Source: an uncultured Clostridia bacterium
GTDB taxonomy: Bacteria; Bacillota; Clostridia; UBA1381; UMGS1253
NCBI GenBank assembly: GCA_934457145.1
Contig: CAKSHP010000001.1
Location: 129,903 to 193,902 of the forward strand
DNA length: 64,000 nucleotides
Reading direction: 5' to 3'
In this document: positions 38,928 to 49,770 of the stretch, in pieces
Layout of the letters: each line of letters starts with the position of its first letter
Numbering within the stretch: the first letter of the stretch is position 1
Translations under genes and position numbers: made by a program
Notes under the pieces: model-generated
Database searches by the model: none
Seen by the model: only the letters and a program-made list of their open reading frames with translations
What the model was told of the DNA's origin: nothing

Positions 38928-41900
38928 TTGGAATTTACAACTTTTGATGCCATGAAAATCGGATTGGCCTCTCCCGAAAAAATCAGGGAATGGTCTTATG
39001 GCGAAGTAAAAAAACCCGAAACAATTAATTATAGAACCCTTAAGCCCGAACGTGACGGACTTTACTGCGAAAAAATATTCGGACCTCAGCGCGACTGGGA
39101 GTGCCATTGCGGAAAATATAAAAAAATTCGCTATAAGGGAATTGTGTGCGACAGATGCGGCGTTGAAGTAACGCGCTCAAAGGTTCGCCGCGAGAGAATG
39201 GGAAGCATAGAGCTTGCAACTCCTGTTTCGCACATTTGGTATTTTAAAGGTATACCGTCAAGAATGGGACTTTTGCTTGATATGTCGCCCAAGGTGCTTG
39301 AGCAGATTTTGTATTTTGCAGCATACGTGGTAACAGATTCAGGCTCGACCGATTTGGTTGAAAAAACAATTCTCACGGAAAAAGACTACAGAGAAAGCCT
39401 TGAAAAATACGGCAACCGTTTCAAAGCGGGTATGGGTGCGGAAGCTATTAAAGAGCTTTTGTGCAAAATAGATTTAGACGAGCTTTCACATGAATTAAAA
39501 GAAGCACTGGAAAATGCTCAGGGACAGAAAAAAGTTCGCATAGTTAAAAGACTTGAGGCTGTTGAAGCTTTCAGACTTTCCGGCAATAAACCGGAATGGA
39601 TGATAATGGACGTTATACCGGTTCTTCCTCCGGAGCTTCGTCCTATGGTACAGCTTGACGGCGGAAGATTTGCAACAAGTGATTTAAATGATTTATACAG
39701 ACGGGTTATAAACAGAAATAACCGTTTAAAAAAGCTTTTAGAGCTTCATGCGCCGGACATTATCGTGCGCAACGAGAAAAGAATGCTTCAGGAGGCTGTT
39801 GACGCATTAATCGATAACGGCCGCCGCGGCAGACCGGTAACAGGCCCCGGAAACCGTGCGTTAAAATCGCTTTCGGATATGCTTAAAGGTAAGCAGGGAC
39901 GTTTCAGACAGAACCTTTTAGGTAAACGTGTTGACTATTCGGGACGTTCGGTTATCGTTGTCGGTCCGGAGCTTAAGATTTATCAGTGCGGTTTGCCTAA
40001 GGAAATGGCAATTGAGCTGTTTAAGCCTTTTGTTATGAAGAGCCTTGTTGCAAACGGACTGGCACATAATATTAAATATGCAAAGCGTATGGTAGAGAGA
40101 GTGCGCCCGGAAATTTGGGACGTGCTTGAAGATGTTATTAAAGAGCATCCGGTTTTGTTAAACCGTGCGCCAACGCTTCACAGACTCGGTATTCAGGCTT
40201 TCGAGCCGGTATTGGTGGACGGCAGAGCGCTCAAACTTCATCCGCTTGTTTGTACGGCATACAATGCCGACTTCGACGGCGACCAGATGGCGGTTCACGT
40301 TCCGCTTTCTCCCGAGGCTCAGGCAGAGGCAAGATTTTTGATGCTTTCGGCAAACAACCTCTTAAAGCCGCAGGATGGTAAGCCGGTAACAGTTCCTACT
40401 CAGGATATGGTACTCGGAAGCTACTATCTCACATTGGTAAAAGACGGCGATAAGGGCGAAGGCAAAGCATTTACCGGTTTTGACGAAGCTATGATGGCTT
40501 ACAGAAACGGCGTTATTGCACTTCATGCAAAAATAAAGGTGCGCGTGTATAAAGAAATTGACGGCGTTATGCAGCATAAGCTTATCGACACAACAATCGG
40601 TCAGATGATATTTAATGAAAATATTCCTCAGGATTTGGGCTTTGTTGACAGAAGCGATCCGTCGAAAGCGTTTGAACTTGAATTTACAAAGCTTGCAACC
40701 AAAAAGCAGCTCGGTATTATTATTGATAAATGCATTCGTGTACACGGTGCAACCGAAACAGCAAAGGTGCTTGATAATATTAAGGCTCTCGGCTTCAAAT
40801 ATTCAACGCAGGGCGCAATAACCGTCAGCGTATCGGATATTAAGGTTCCGGAGGCTAAAAAGGTTTACCTTGCAGAGGCTGAAGAAAAGGTTGATAAGAT
40901 TACAAAGCTCTATAAGAGAGGTATGTTAAATGATGATGAGCGTTATGACGCTATCATCAAGGTTTGGACGGAAACAAGCGACAAGGTTACAAAGGCACTT
41001 ATGGATAACCTTGACGATCTTAATCCTATATACATGATGGCAAACTCCGGTGCCCGCGGTAGTGTAAACCAGATCAGACAGCTTGCCGGCATGCGCGGTC
41101 TTATGGCTAATACGTCCGGTAAAGCGGTTGAAATTCCTATTCGTGCTAACTTCCGTGAGGGACTCAGCGTTTTGGAATACTTTATTTCAACCCACGGTGC
41201 GAGAAAAGGTCTTGCAGATACGGCTCTTCGTACTGCCGACTCCGGTTACCTCACACGCCGTTTGGTTGATGTCAGCCAGGATGTTATCGTCCGCGAAGAG
41301 GACTGCGGCGCAACAGAGGGAATAACGGTCAGCGCAATTGTTGACGGTAAAGAAGAAATCGAGCCTTTAAGCGACAGACTTTTAGGCAGATATACTTTTG
41401 AAGATGTTATCGATCCCGAAACGGGAGAGGTATTGGTTGAAAAAAATGTGCTTATGAAAGACGCCGAGGTTGAAAAGATTATAGCTGCGGGCGTTAAAGA
41501 GGTTAAAATCAGAAGCATACTCACATGCCAGACACCTATCGGTGTGTGCGCACATTGCTACGGTTCAAACCTTGCAAGCGGAGACTCTGTTCCGGTCGGC
41601 GAGGCTGTTGGTATTATTGCCGCACAGTCTATCGGTGAACCCGGTACACAGCTTACAATGCGTACATTCCACAGCGGCGGTGTTGCCGGCGACGATATCA
41701 CACAGGGTCTTCCCCGTGTTGAAGAATTGTTTGAGGCGCGTAAGCCGAAGGGTGTTGCAGTAGTATCTGAAATCGGCGGTAAGGTAAGCATTGCGGAAAC
41801 CAAAAAGCGCCGTGAAATCACGGTTACAGATGACAGCGAAGGCAACGCACAGACATATGTTATTCCGTATGATGCGCGTATAAAGGTTGCCGAGGGACAG

Positions 41901-42482
41901 GAAATCGAAGCCGGCGATGCGCTTACAACCGGTTCAATCAATCCTCACGATATATTCAAAATCAAGGGTGCGCGCGAAGTTCAGTCGTATCTCACGCAGG
42001 AAGTTCAGAGAGTGTATCGTATGCAGGGCGTTGATATTTCGGATAAACATATTGAAGTTATTGCCCGTCAGATGATGAGAAAAGTTAAGGTTGAAGAACC
42101 GGGCGACACTCATTTGCTTATGGGCAGTCTGATAGATATGTTTGAGCTTGAGGCGGCTAACAAAAAGGTAAGAGAAGAAGGCGGCACGGAAGCAACGGCA
42201 AGCGTTGTATTGCTTGGTATTACAAAAGCTTCGCTTGCAACGGATTCGTTCCTTTCCGCAGCTTCCTTCCAGGAAACCACCAGAGTTCTTACAGAGGCAG
42301 CTATTAAAGGTAAAGTTGATCCGCTCACAGGTCTTAAAGAAAACGTTATTATCGGTAAACTTGTTCCGGCAGGTACGGGCATGAGCCGTTATCGTGACGT
42401 TGACCTTAGGGTTGAGGGCGAAGAAACAGCTATGAGCCGCGCATTTGACGCAGCTTTGGGCGAGAGTAATTTAATAGGTTAA
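38928..42482 (+). CDS. rpoC: DNA-directed RNA polymerase subunit beta'
   Basis: AAGAGGAGG precedes a TTG start at 38928. Zinc-finger cysteines are present ([23 protein letters not shown]), as is the catalytic NADFDGDQM. Confidence 0.98.
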   Translation: MEFTTFDAMKIGLASPEKIREWSYGEVKKPETINYRTLKPERDGLYCEKIFGPQRDWECHCGKYKKIRYKGIVCDRCGVEVTRSKVRRERMGSIELATPVSHIWYFKGIPSRMGLLLDMSPKVLEQILYFAAYVVTDSGSTDLVEKTILTEKDYRESLEKYGNRFKAGMGAEAIKELLCKIDLDELSHELKEALENAQGQKKVRIVKRLEAVEAFRLSGNKPEWMIMDVIPVLPPELRPMVQLDGGRFATSDLNDLYRRVINRNNRLKKLLELHAPDIIVRNEKRMLQEAVDALIDNGRRGRPVTGPGNRALKSLSDMLKGKQGRFRQNLLGKRVDYSGRSVIVVGPELKIYQCGLPKEMAIELFKPFVMKSLVANGLAHNIKYAKRMVERVRPEIWDVLEDVIKEHPVLLNRAPTLHRLGIQAFEPVLVDGRALKLHPLVCTAYNADFDGDQMAVHVPLSPEAQAEARFLMLSANNLLKPQDGKPVTVPTQDMVLGSYYLTLVKDGDKGEGKAFTGFDEAMMAYRNGVIALHAKIKVRVYKEIDGVMQHKLIDTTIGQMIFNENIPQDLGFVDRSDPSKAFELEFTKLATKKQLGIIIDKCIRVHGATETAKVLDNIKALGFKYSTQGAITVSVSDIKVPEAKKVYLAEAEEKVDKITKLYKRGMLNDDERYDAIIKVWTETSDKVTKALMDNLDDLNPIYMMANSGARGSVNQIRQLAGMRGLMANTSGKAVEIPIRANFREGLSVLEYFISTHGARKGLADTALRTADSGYLTRRLVDVSQDVIVREEDCGATEGITVSAIVDGKEEIEPLSDRLLGRYTFEDVIDPETGEVLVEKNVLMKDAEVEKIIAAGVKEVKIRSILTCQTPIGVCAHCYGSNLASGDSVPVGEAVGIIAAQSIGEPGTQLTMRTFHSGGVAGDDITQGLPRVEELFEARKPKGVAVVSEIGGKVSIAETKKRREITVTDDSEGNAQTYVIPYDARIKVAEGQEIEAGDALTTGSINPHDIFKIKGAREVQSYLTQEVQRVYRMQGVDISDKHIEVIARQMMRKVKVEEPGDTHLLMGSLIDMFELEAANKKVREEGGTEATASVVLLGITKASLATDSFLSAASFQETTRVLTEAAIKGKVDPLTGLKENVIIGKLVPAGTGMSRYRDVDLRVEGEETAMSRAFDAALGESNLIG

Positions 42483-42495
42483 AAAAGTTTTGAAA

Positions 42496-42535
42496 AACGG
42501 CGTGCAGCATTATTTTGCTGCACGCCGTTAAATTT
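42496..42535. terminator. Bidirectional terminator after rpoC / radC
   Basis: AACGGCGTGCAGCA (42496-42509) pairs with TGCTGCACGCCGTT (42516-42529), 14 bp perfect. Confidence 0.85.
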
Positions 42536-42550
42536 TATTGTAAACAAATA

Positions 42551-43252
42551 TTAAAATTCAAAATTTCCGGTTATCATGCCGAGCGAGGAGAGGCTTGTGG
42601 CATCGTCATCACAAACTATTATGTGGTCGTCAAATATTATTCCGATACTGTTTAAAAGAGTGTATATCTTTTTTGTTGATTCGATATCGGCGCTTGACGG
42701 CAACGATGTGCCGGACGGATGGTTATGCGTTACAAACACTCTTGACGCATTGTGGCGGATAGCGGTTTCTGCAAGAAGCCGCAAATCAAGCATTGTTGCA
42801 TTAAGAGTACCTTCGCTGATTTTTTTGCATATTAAAAGCTTTGATGAGCTGTCCAGACAAATCATATAAAACTCTTCGCGGTTTTTGCCGACAAAGAGAG
42901 TTTTTGCAAAATTTATCATGGAGTTTGTTGTTGATAAAACCATGCGTTTTGCCGAGCTGCGGTCAAGAGTATATCTTTGTGACAGCTGGGGAATAAGCTT
43001 TATAAGCGTTGCTGTGTGGTCGCTGATACCGTCTATTGAAATAAGTTCGTCATAGCTTGCATCAAATACCTTGCTTATGGTTTTAAACCGTTTCATAAGA
43101 GAGTGTGCAATCGGGTTTGTATCCCGTCTTGCTATTGAATAAAACAAAAGAAGCTCTAAAACTTCATGATCTTCAAAGCTTTCAAGACTTTTATTTAAAA
43201 ATCTGTTTTTTAAGCGTTCTCTGTGACCGCTGTGTATGTTTTCTTTATCCAC
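42551..43252 (-). CDS. radC: RadC-family JAB-domain protein
   Basis: The sequence shows GHRERLKNRF, a HhH region, and the JAMM-like motif HNHPSG followed by PSSADI. Confidence 0.9.
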   Translation of the reverse strand: MDKENIHSGHRERLKNRFLNKSLESFEDHEVLELLLFYSIARRDTNPIAHSLMKRFKTISKVFDASYDELISIDGISDHTATLIKLIPQLSQRYTLDRSSAKRMVLSTTNSMINFAKTLFVGKNREEFYMICLDSSSKLLICKKISEGTLNATMLDLRLLAETAIRHNASRVFVTHNHPSGTSLPSSADIESTKKIYTLLNSIGIIFDDHIIVCDDDATSLSSLGMITGNFEF

Positions 43253-43349
43253 TTGACGTTTTGCTCCTTTCGTCAGGCATTAGATATTTTAACGCAACAT
43301 TAAAAAATTACATTTTTAAACCACATCGTGACTTACTGATGCATAGGCG

Positions 43350-43808
43350 TTAAATCAGAAAATTAATTAAAAAATACGCAAAAAGCGGATCTTTTTTGCA
43401 TTTTATATATGAAAGATTCCACCATGAAAAAGACTGCGGAAAAACTGCTTTTGTCCATTCGTTATCTGAAAAAATATAAAGCTCGCCGTCCTTTTTAGCG
43501 CCGATACCGTTTAAAGTAAAATCAAGATCGCACGTGCCGTCCGTGAGATATGTGTTTTTTAAAAATATATAATCATACATATTTTTACCCGCCAAAACCA
43601 TATCCAAATCGGTTGCGTAAAAATCGTCGGCATTATTGTATGTTTTAAGATAAATTCCGCTGTTTTTTGCCTCGGACTGCGCTGCATCAAGGCTGTTTTT
43701 ATTTGTGTCAAAAAGGCTCGCAAGCGTGACGCAATCAAAATAAGACGCAAGGTTTTTCCCGTATGCAAGGGCGGAGGCTCCTAAAATTCCGATTTTAATT
43801 TTTTTCAT
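43350..43808 (-). CDS. Hypothetical protein (152 aa) with Rossmann-like N-terminus
   Basis: The start MKKIKIGILGASALAYGKN resembles Gfo/Idh/MocA N-termini, but the protein is far too short for that family. The call is weak. Confidence 0.4.
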   Translation of the reverse strand: MKKIKIGILGASALAYGKNLASYFDCVTLASLFDTNKNSLDAAQSEAKNSGIYLKTYNNADDFYATDLDMVLAGKNMYDYIFLKNTYLTDGTCDLDFTLNGIGAKKDGELYIFSDNEWTKAVFPQSFSWWNLSYIKCKKDPLFAYFLINFLI

Positions 43809-43841
43809 AAATATCCCCGAATTATTGAAAAATTTATCTGA

Positions 43842-43860
43842 ATATGATAAAATATCATAT
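43842..43860. promoter_or_regulatory. Perfect 8-3-8 palindrome in divergent promoter region
   Basis: ATATGATA-AAA-TATCATAT lies between the divergent 152-aa ORF and the LacI-like gene. It is a candidate autoregulatory operator or a pair of overlapping -10 boxes. Confidence 0.35.
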
Positions 43861-43902
43861 ATACAGTATAGCATAAATTTTTACGGCTGTAAAGGTGAGG
43901 AT

Positions 43903-44775
43903 ATGAAAAGAGAAGTAAAACTTTCTGAAATATCAAAAAAACTCGGACTGAGCAAGTCGACCGTGTGCAAGGCATTGAATAATAAAGCCGGAGTTGATAA
44001 AAACACAAAAGATACGGTTATTAAATGCGCAAGAAAAATGGGGTATCTTTACGAAAACTCGGACAGCGAAAAGGTTTTTGTTTTGCTTCCGCTGCGTTGC
44101 AGAGAGCTTTGCAAATATTTTCAGGATGCGTTTGCAAAAAAAGGTATAACCGCTAAGTGTGCGGTGTATTTAAATGATACGGATTATATGCAAAATCTTT
44201 TGTTAATTGCAAAATCGTCATACGATATAGTGATTGTGTATCCGTGTGCGGGGCAAGATGTACAGGTTTTAAAAAGAATTGCGAAAAAGAGCGCCGTTTG
44301 GTTTACAGGCGATGTGGTAAACATTGAAAACACTTTTTATTTTGGGTTAAACCCTATAAAAGAGGCAGAAATGATTGCTCAAAAGTTTCTTTGCTCAAAT
44401 AAAAAAAGACCTGTGTTTATACAGCACGGCAGTGAAGCGGTTAGCAGAAAAATTCTCGGAATTTTTGCCGGCATACTTAAAGAAAACGGGATAAAACCGG
44501 CATATATGCTGAATTTTGACGAAAAAGACCTGTTATCCGCACCGATCATGGCAAGAAAGCTGGGACGTATAGACTCGTTTGACAGTGTGTACTGCAATAA
44601 AAAAGATTTGACTTATGTCGGCGGTGCGTTAAAAAAACTCGGCAAAGGCGATTTGCCGGTGTTTTGCGTTGACGAAATTCAAAATTTAAAGCTTGCATCA
44701 GACCTTGCCGCCAAAAATGCAAAAAAATATATTGATTTTGGAGAGTATCCCATGTGCAAGTATTTATTTGTTTAG
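43903..44775 (+). CDS. LacI-family-like transcriptional regulator (divergent effector domain)
   Basis: AAAGGTGAGG RBS precedes the ATG at 43903. The N-terminal HTH is VKLSEISKKLGLSKSTVCKALNNKAGVDKNTKDTVIKCARKMGY. The C-terminal part is only loosely periplasmic-binding-protein-like. Confidence 0.65.
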   Translation: MKREVKLSEISKKLGLSKSTVCKALNNKAGVDKNTKDTVIKCARKMGYLYENSDSEKVFVLLPLRCRELCKYFQDAFAKKGITAKCAVYLNDTDYMQNLLLIAKSSYDIVIVYPCAGQDVQVLKRIAKKSAVWFTGDVVNIENTFYFGLNPIKEAEMIAQKFLCSNKKRPVFIQHGSEAVSRKILGIFAGILKENGIKPAYMLNFDEKDLLSAPIMARKLGRIDSFDSVYCNKKDLTYVGGALKKLGKGDLPVFCVDEIQNLKLASDLAAKNAKKYIDFGEYPMCKYLFV

Positions 44776-44789
44776 GAAGTAGTAAAATA

Positions 44790-44826
44790 AAAAAAACGAG
44801 AACGCACAGGACGTTCTCGTTTTTTA
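44790..44826. terminator. Bidirectional terminator
   Basis: ACGAGAACG (44796-44804) pairs with CGTTCTCGT (44812-44820). It is flanked by A8 and T5. Confidence 0.8.
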
Positions 44827-44831
44827 AAAAT

Positions 44832-46094
44832 TTATTTATTGTTTATAATCGGCAGAAATTCGTTTTCGGGAATATTTATATAAGCGGGAGTGTTTTCATA
44901 AATTGAGTTTATCATCTGATTATATATATTTCCGATAACCTTTTGCTTAACGTTTTCCAAAGTGTCTTTATCTTCGGGAAGCGGCATTTTTAAGATAACG
45001 TGGTATCCGTATGAAGTTTTGACCGGCTGGCTTACCTGTCCCGGTTCAAGCTCAAAACTTGCCTGTTCAAATTCCTTTACCATTTCATTATATGTAAACA
45101 CATAGCCGTTCGGGTTTGTCTTCATGCCCGGATCTTCGCCGTACTGCGAAACGAGAAGGTCAAAATCCTCGCCGGCTGCTGCGCGGCGGTAAATATCCTG
45201 CGCAAGCTTTAATGCGTCTTCATCGCTTCTGTCGTTTCCGGTTAAAATTAAAACGTGTTTTGCGCAAACATAATTTTCGTTATACAGTTTTTCTAAACCT
45301 TCATCGTCGATGCTTATGCTGTCATATATATGGTCAACATATTTGTTTGCAACCATGTAATCGTGCTGAATTTTAACATATGAAGCCGGAAGAAAGTTTA
45401 AATTTGATATATCAGAGTTTTTTATTTTCGCCGAAATGCTTTTAAGACTTTGAATTTCATCATCGGTGAGCGAAATACTGTTTTGCTGTGCATTGTAGTA
45501 CATAGCATAAAGCTTTGCAAACGAGGAGTATAAATTATTTACAAACGCTGCCTGTTCGGAGGCATTGCCGTTGTAGTTTAAATTATACATTGCGGCAAAC
45601 TCATTATAGGCAATATCATCATTTGCAACGTTTATTACCGGGGCAATGTCGTCTATAATGATTTGACCTGTTGCGCCTACATAGTAAACATAATATCCTA
45701 AATTTTCACTGACGGCGCGCAGCGGTATAAACGTTGTATCGTTTACGATTTCGGGTGCGCAGTCGATTTGCTTTTTCTCTCCGTTTACATATATGTTGTC
45801 ACTGCCGATATCTAAAATAACGTATTTACCGTCTTTAGATATACTAACGGCATTTGTTTCGCTGTCCCATGATACATCGCTGCCGAAAATTTCGCAAAGC
45901 GCACGCACGGGAACCATTGTTCTGTCGTTTTTTATGTACGGAGCGGCATTGATAACCGTTTTTGAAACGTTTTCCTTTAAAGAATACACATCACATTCGC
46001 CGATTGTAAACTCGACGGAGGTTGCGGCAAATGCGGCAGGTATCAGAAGGCAAAATGCTGCACCGACGGAAATTGTAAGTTTTTTAATATTCAT
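44832..46094 (-). CDS. Secreted parvulin-type peptidyl-prolyl isomerase (PrsA-like) with copper-amine-oxidase-N-like stalk domain
   Basis: A signal peptide is present. DRTMVPVRALCEIFG ... TTFIPLRAVSENLG is the Cu_amine_oxidN1-type repeat. The C-terminal PPIC motif reads FEQASFELEPGQVSQPVKTSYGYHVILK. Confidence 0.8.
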   Translation of the reverse strand: MNIKKLTISVGAAFCLLIPAAFAATSVEFTIGECDVYSLKENVSKTVINAAPYIKNDRTMVPVRALCEIFGSDVSWDSETNAVSISKDGKYVILDIGSDNIYVNGEKKQIDCAPEIVNDTTFIPLRAVSENLGYYVYYVGATGQIIIDDIAPVINVANDDIAYNEFAAMYNLNYNGNASEQAAFVNNLYSSFAKLYAMYYNAQQNSISLTDDEIQSLKSISAKIKNSDISNLNFLPASYVKIQHDYMVANKYVDHIYDSISIDDEGLEKLYNENYVCAKHVLILTGNDRSDEDALKLAQDIYRRAAAGEDFDLLVSQYGEDPGMKTNPNGYVFTYNEMVKEFEQASFELEPGQVSQPVKTSYGYHVILKMPLPEDKDTLENVKQKVIGNIYNQMINSIYENTPAYINIPENEFLPIINNK

Positions 46095-46257
46095 ATGAAA
46101 AGCCTTTCCGTCCGTTAAACGGACTAAAAAATATAGTTTGATATGAGGTCATTATAACATAATAAGGCTTACAAGTAAAGTTTTTTGCAAAAAAAGCTTA
46201 ACTTATAAGTAAAAATGTGATACAATTATGTAGATTAAATAAGAAAGCAGGGCTGTT

Positions 46258-47145
46258 ATGTGCAATCTTTGTCCGAGAACCTGCGCCGCCGACCGGTGTG
46301 ATACGCTTGGTTTTTGCAAAATGAAAAAGAAAATAAAAATAGCGCGCTGTGCTGCGCATTTTTGGGAAGAACCGCCTATAAGCGGCACTAAAGGCTCCGG
46401 GGCGATTTTCTTTTCGGGGTGCAATTTAAGGTGTGTTTTTTGCCAGAACGAGAAAATCAGCAGCGGCGGTTTCGGAAAAGAAGTAACAAAACAGCAGCTT
46501 TGCGAAATGATTTTGCGGCTGCAAAGCGAGGGCGTTTGCAATATAAATCTTGTTACGCCGACTCATTTTGCTGATGAGATTGTGTCGGTGCTGGATATGG
46601 TAAAGCCAAAACTTAAAATTCCGGTTGTCTACAACTGCGGCGGATATGAAAGCGAAAAAACGCTTGAGATGCTTAATGGTTATATTGACATATACTTGCC
46701 GGATTTTAAATATATAAGCAGCGCTGCCGCCAAAAAATACAGCTGCACAAAAGATTATTCTGAGGTTGCAAAAAAGGCTGTTGATATAATGATAAAACAG
46801 GCGGGAAAGCCCGTGTTTGACGAAAACGGCATTATGAAAAAGGGCGTTATAATAAGGCATCTCGTTTTGCCCGGACTCTACAAAGACAGCATAAAAATAT
46901 TAAAATATTTAAAAGATACATACGGAACGGATAAGTTTTTATTAAGCCTTATGAGCCAGTTTACGCCAAACGAAAGCTGCAAAAACATAAAAGAGCTTAA
47001 CAGGAAAATTACAACGTTTGAGTATAGAAAAGCGGCGGATTTTGCCGCAGAGTGCGGCTTTAACGGATATTTTCAGGAGAGGGAGTCGTCGGATGAGGCA
47101 TATGTGCCGGCATTTGATTTAGCAGGGGTAGGCAGTAGAGATTAA
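46258..47145 (+). CDS. Radical SAM protein, PflX-type (pyruvate formate-lyase activase-like)
   Basis: An N-terminal Cys cluster (CNLCPRTCAADRC) precedes FWEEPPISG, followed by the radical SAM motif CNLRCVFCQN. Confidence 0.8.
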   Translation: MCNLCPRTCAADRCDTLGFCKMKKKIKIARCAAHFWEEPPISGTKGSGAIFFSGCNLRCVFCQNEKISSGGFGKEVTKQQLCEMILRLQSEGVCNINLVTPTHFADEIVSVLDMVKPKLKIPVVYNCGGYESEKTLEMLNGYIDIYLPDFKYISSAAAKKYSCTKDYSEVAKKAVDIMIKQAGKPVFDENGIMKKGVIIRHLVLPGLYKDSIKILKYLKDTYGTDKFLLSLMSQFTPNESCKNIKELNRKITTFEYRKAADFAAECGFNGYFQERESSDEAYVPAFDLAGVGSRD

Positions 47146-47154
47146 AGCATAAAA

Positions 47155-47197
47155 AGAGCAGCAGCGATGCAAAAATTGCATTGCTGCTGCTCTTTTT
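47155..47197. terminator. Bidirectional terminator
   Basis: AGAGCAGCAGCGATGCA (47155-47171) pairs with TGCATTGCTGCTGCTCT (47177-47193), 17 bp with one G-U pair. It is flanked by A5 and T5. Confidence 0.85.
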
Positions 47198-47206
47198 GTT
47201 TAAAAT

Positions 47207-49720
47207 TTAGTTTTCGGTTTCTTCCGGCGCAGGTGTTGCTGTTGTTTCGTTTGTGTCAGATGAGTCGGTTTCTGAAGCTTCTTCTTCGTCTTCAACTCTG
47301 TCGGCACAAGTGAGCGACACTATTTTAACGCCGTCGTCAAGGCGCATAAGGCGCACACCCTGAGTTACACGCGAATACGTGCTGATTTCGTCGGTTCTCA
47401 TTCTTATGATAACCCCGGCATCGGTGATTAGAATTATATCGTCGGTTTCTTTAACGCTTGAAATACCGGCAAGTTTTCCTGTTTTATCGCTTATGCGGTA
47501 TGTTAAAACACCTTTACCGCCGCGGTTCTGAGCGCGGTATTCGTCCATGTCGGTTTTCTTGCCGTAGCCGTTTTCGGTAACAACCAAAAGTTTCGACTCT
47601 TCATCGGCAATGCAGGCACCGACAACGTTATCATCGCCGGCAAGACGTATTGCGCGCACACCGCGCGCCATTCTTCCCATGATACGGACATCGTTTTCGT
47701 TAAAACGAATTGCCATACCGTCGGAGGTTGCAATTATAACGTCTTTTTCGCCGTCGGTTAAAGCAACTTTGATAACCTCGTCACCCTCGTCAAGACCGAT
47801 TGCCCAGAAGCCGTTTTTGCGGCTCGTGTCATATTCGGTAAGCGAGGTTCTTTTGATTACGCCGTATTTGGTTACAAAGGTTAAGAATTTGCCTCCTTCA
47901 AAGTCTTTAACGGTAATTGTTGCAGAAATTTTTTCATCGTTTGCAAGCTCTAAAAGGTTAATGATTGCCGTGCCCTTTGCCTGGCGGCCCGCTTCGGGAA
48001 TCTGATAACCCTTTAATTTAAACATTCTGCCCTTGTTTGTAAAGAACAGTATGTTGTTATGAGTTGACGTTGTCATAATGTTTTCAACAAAGTCCTCATC
48101 GCGTACCGCCTGGGCAGATATTCCTCTGCCGCCTCTGTGCTGCGAGCGGTATGTATCAATCGGCATACGTTTAACGTAGCCGAAATGAGTCATTGTTATA
48201 ACAACGTCTTCTTCTTCGATAAGGTCTTCAATATCGATTTCGTCAACAGCGTTTGCAATTTCGGTGCGTCTGCCGTCGTCGTATTTTTCTTTTATTGCCA
48301 GAAGGTCGGTTTTTATAATGTCTATAACCATATTATCGTCGCTTAACACTTCGTTGTAGTATTTGATAAGCGCCTCAACCTCTGCCAGTTCATCATGAAT
48401 TTTCTGACGTTCAAGACCGCTCAAACGTCCGAGACGCATATCAACAATTGCCTGCGCCTGAATATCGGTTAAGGTAAAGCGCGCTTTTAACTGCTCTTTT
48501 GCGTCGGGTATACCGCCTTTGGCGTTTCTGATTGTGTTTATAACTTCGTCTATGTTGTCAACGGCAATGTTTAAACCAAGCAGGATATGCTGTCTGTCCA
48601 TTGCTTTTTTAAGCTCAAACTTAGTTTTCCTGACAACGATTTCCTTTTGAAACTCGATATAGTAGTCTATAACTTCGCGCAAATTCAAAAGCTTAGGCTC
48701 GGTTTTGTTGACAAGCGCAATCATGTTTACGCAAAAGCTTTCCTGAAGCTGAGTGAACTTGTAGAACTGATTTAAGATAACGTTTGCGTTGCCGTCTTTT
48801 TTAACGTCAACAACAATTCTCATACCCTCGCGGTCGGATTCGTCGCGTATTTCTGAAACGCCTTCAACTCTCTTGTCGCGCACAAGCTCGCCCATTTTTT
48901 CAACAAGCCTTGCTTTGTTTACCTGATAGGGAATTTCCGTTATAATAATCTGCGGATGCGAGCCGTTTTCCTCTATTGTTGCACGGGCGCGCATAAGTAT
49001 TCTGCCGCGGCCTGTGTGATAGGCGGCTCTTATTCCGCTTCTGCCCATTATGATTGCACCGGTCGGAAAATCGGGGCCTTTGATATAGCCTATTAATTCA
49101 TCGATTGTTATATTCGGATCGTCGAGCACGGCAACAACGCCGTCTATAACCTCGCCTAAGTTGTGGGGAGGGATGTTGGTTGCCATTGCAACCGCAATTC
49201 CCGAAGAACCGTTTACCAAAAGGTTAGGAAACTTTGATGTGATAACGCTCGGCTCTTTTCGGCTGTCGTCGAAGTTTGGCATAAAATCAACGGTGTCTTT
49301 ATCTATATCAACGAGCATTTCAAGAGCCATTTTGCTCATTTTTGCCTCTGTGTAACGGTAAGCAGCCGGCGGATCGCCGTCGACAGAACCGAAGTTACCC
49401 TGACCGTCAACCAAAGGATAGCGCATGGAAAAGTCCTGCGCAAGGCGAACGAGCGCGTCATAAACCGAGGCGTCGCCGTGGGGATGATATTTACCAAGCA
49501 CATCGCCGACAGTTGCGGCGCACTTTTTATATTTTTTATCCGGCGTCAGTCCGGCTTCGTGCATGGTATAGAGTATACGTCTGTGAACCGGTTTTAAACC
49601 GTCTCTGACATCCGGCAAGGCTCTGCCTATAATAACGCTCATCGCATATTCAAGATAAGCCTTTTCCATTTCGGAAGAGACTTCTATATCAACTATGGAT
49701 TGCATTTCATGATCAGCCAT
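47207..49720 (-). CDS. gyrA: DNA gyrase subunit A
   Basis: The sequence shows [26 protein letters not shown], the active-site region [10 protein letters not shown], and a GyrA-box-like QHRGGRG at the start of the C-terminal domain. An acidic C-terminal tail is present. Confidence 0.97.
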   Translation of the reverse strand: MADHEMQSIVDIEVSSEMEKAYLEYAMSVIIGRALPDVRDGLKPVHRRILYTMHEAGLTPDKKYKKCAATVGDVLGKYHPHGDASVYDALVRLAQDFSMRYPLVDGQGNFGSVDGDPPAAYRYTEAKMSKMALEMLVDIDKDTVDFMPNFDDSRKEPSVITSKFPNLLVNGSSGIAVAMATNIPPHNLGEVIDGVVAVLDDPNITIDELIGYIKGPDFPTGAIIMGRSGIRAAYHTGRGRILMRARATIEENGSHPQIIITEIPYQVNKARLVEKMGELVRDKRVEGVSEIRDESDREGMRIVVDVKKDGNANVILNQFYKFTQLQESFCVNMIALVNKTEPKLLNLREVIDYYIEFQKEIVVRKTKFELKKAMDRQHILLGLNIAVDNIDEVINTIRNAKGGIPDAKEQLKARFTLTDIQAQAIVDMRLGRLSGLERQKIHDELAEVEALIKYYNEVLSDDNMVIDIIKTDLLAIKEKYDDGRRTEIANAVDEIDIEDLIEEEDVVITMTHFGYVKRMPIDTYRSQHRGGRGISAQAVRDEDFVENIMTTSTHNNILFFTNKGRMFKLKGYQIPEAGRQAKGTAIINLLELANDEKISATITVKDFEGGKFLTFVTKYGVIKRTSLTEYDTSRKNGFWAIGLDEGDEVIKVALTDGEKDVIIATSDGMAIRFNENDVRIMGRMARGVRAIRLAGDDNVVGACIADEESKLLVVTENGYGKKTDMDEYRAQNRGGKGVLTYRISDKTGKLAGISSVKETDDIILITDAGVIIRMRTDEISTYSRVTQGVRLMRLDDGVKIVSLTCADRVEDEEEASETDSSDTNETTATPAPEETEN

Positions 49721-49770
49721 ATTTTACTCCTATTCTCTGTAAAAACTGAAAAATCAGTTTTTATCCTGTA

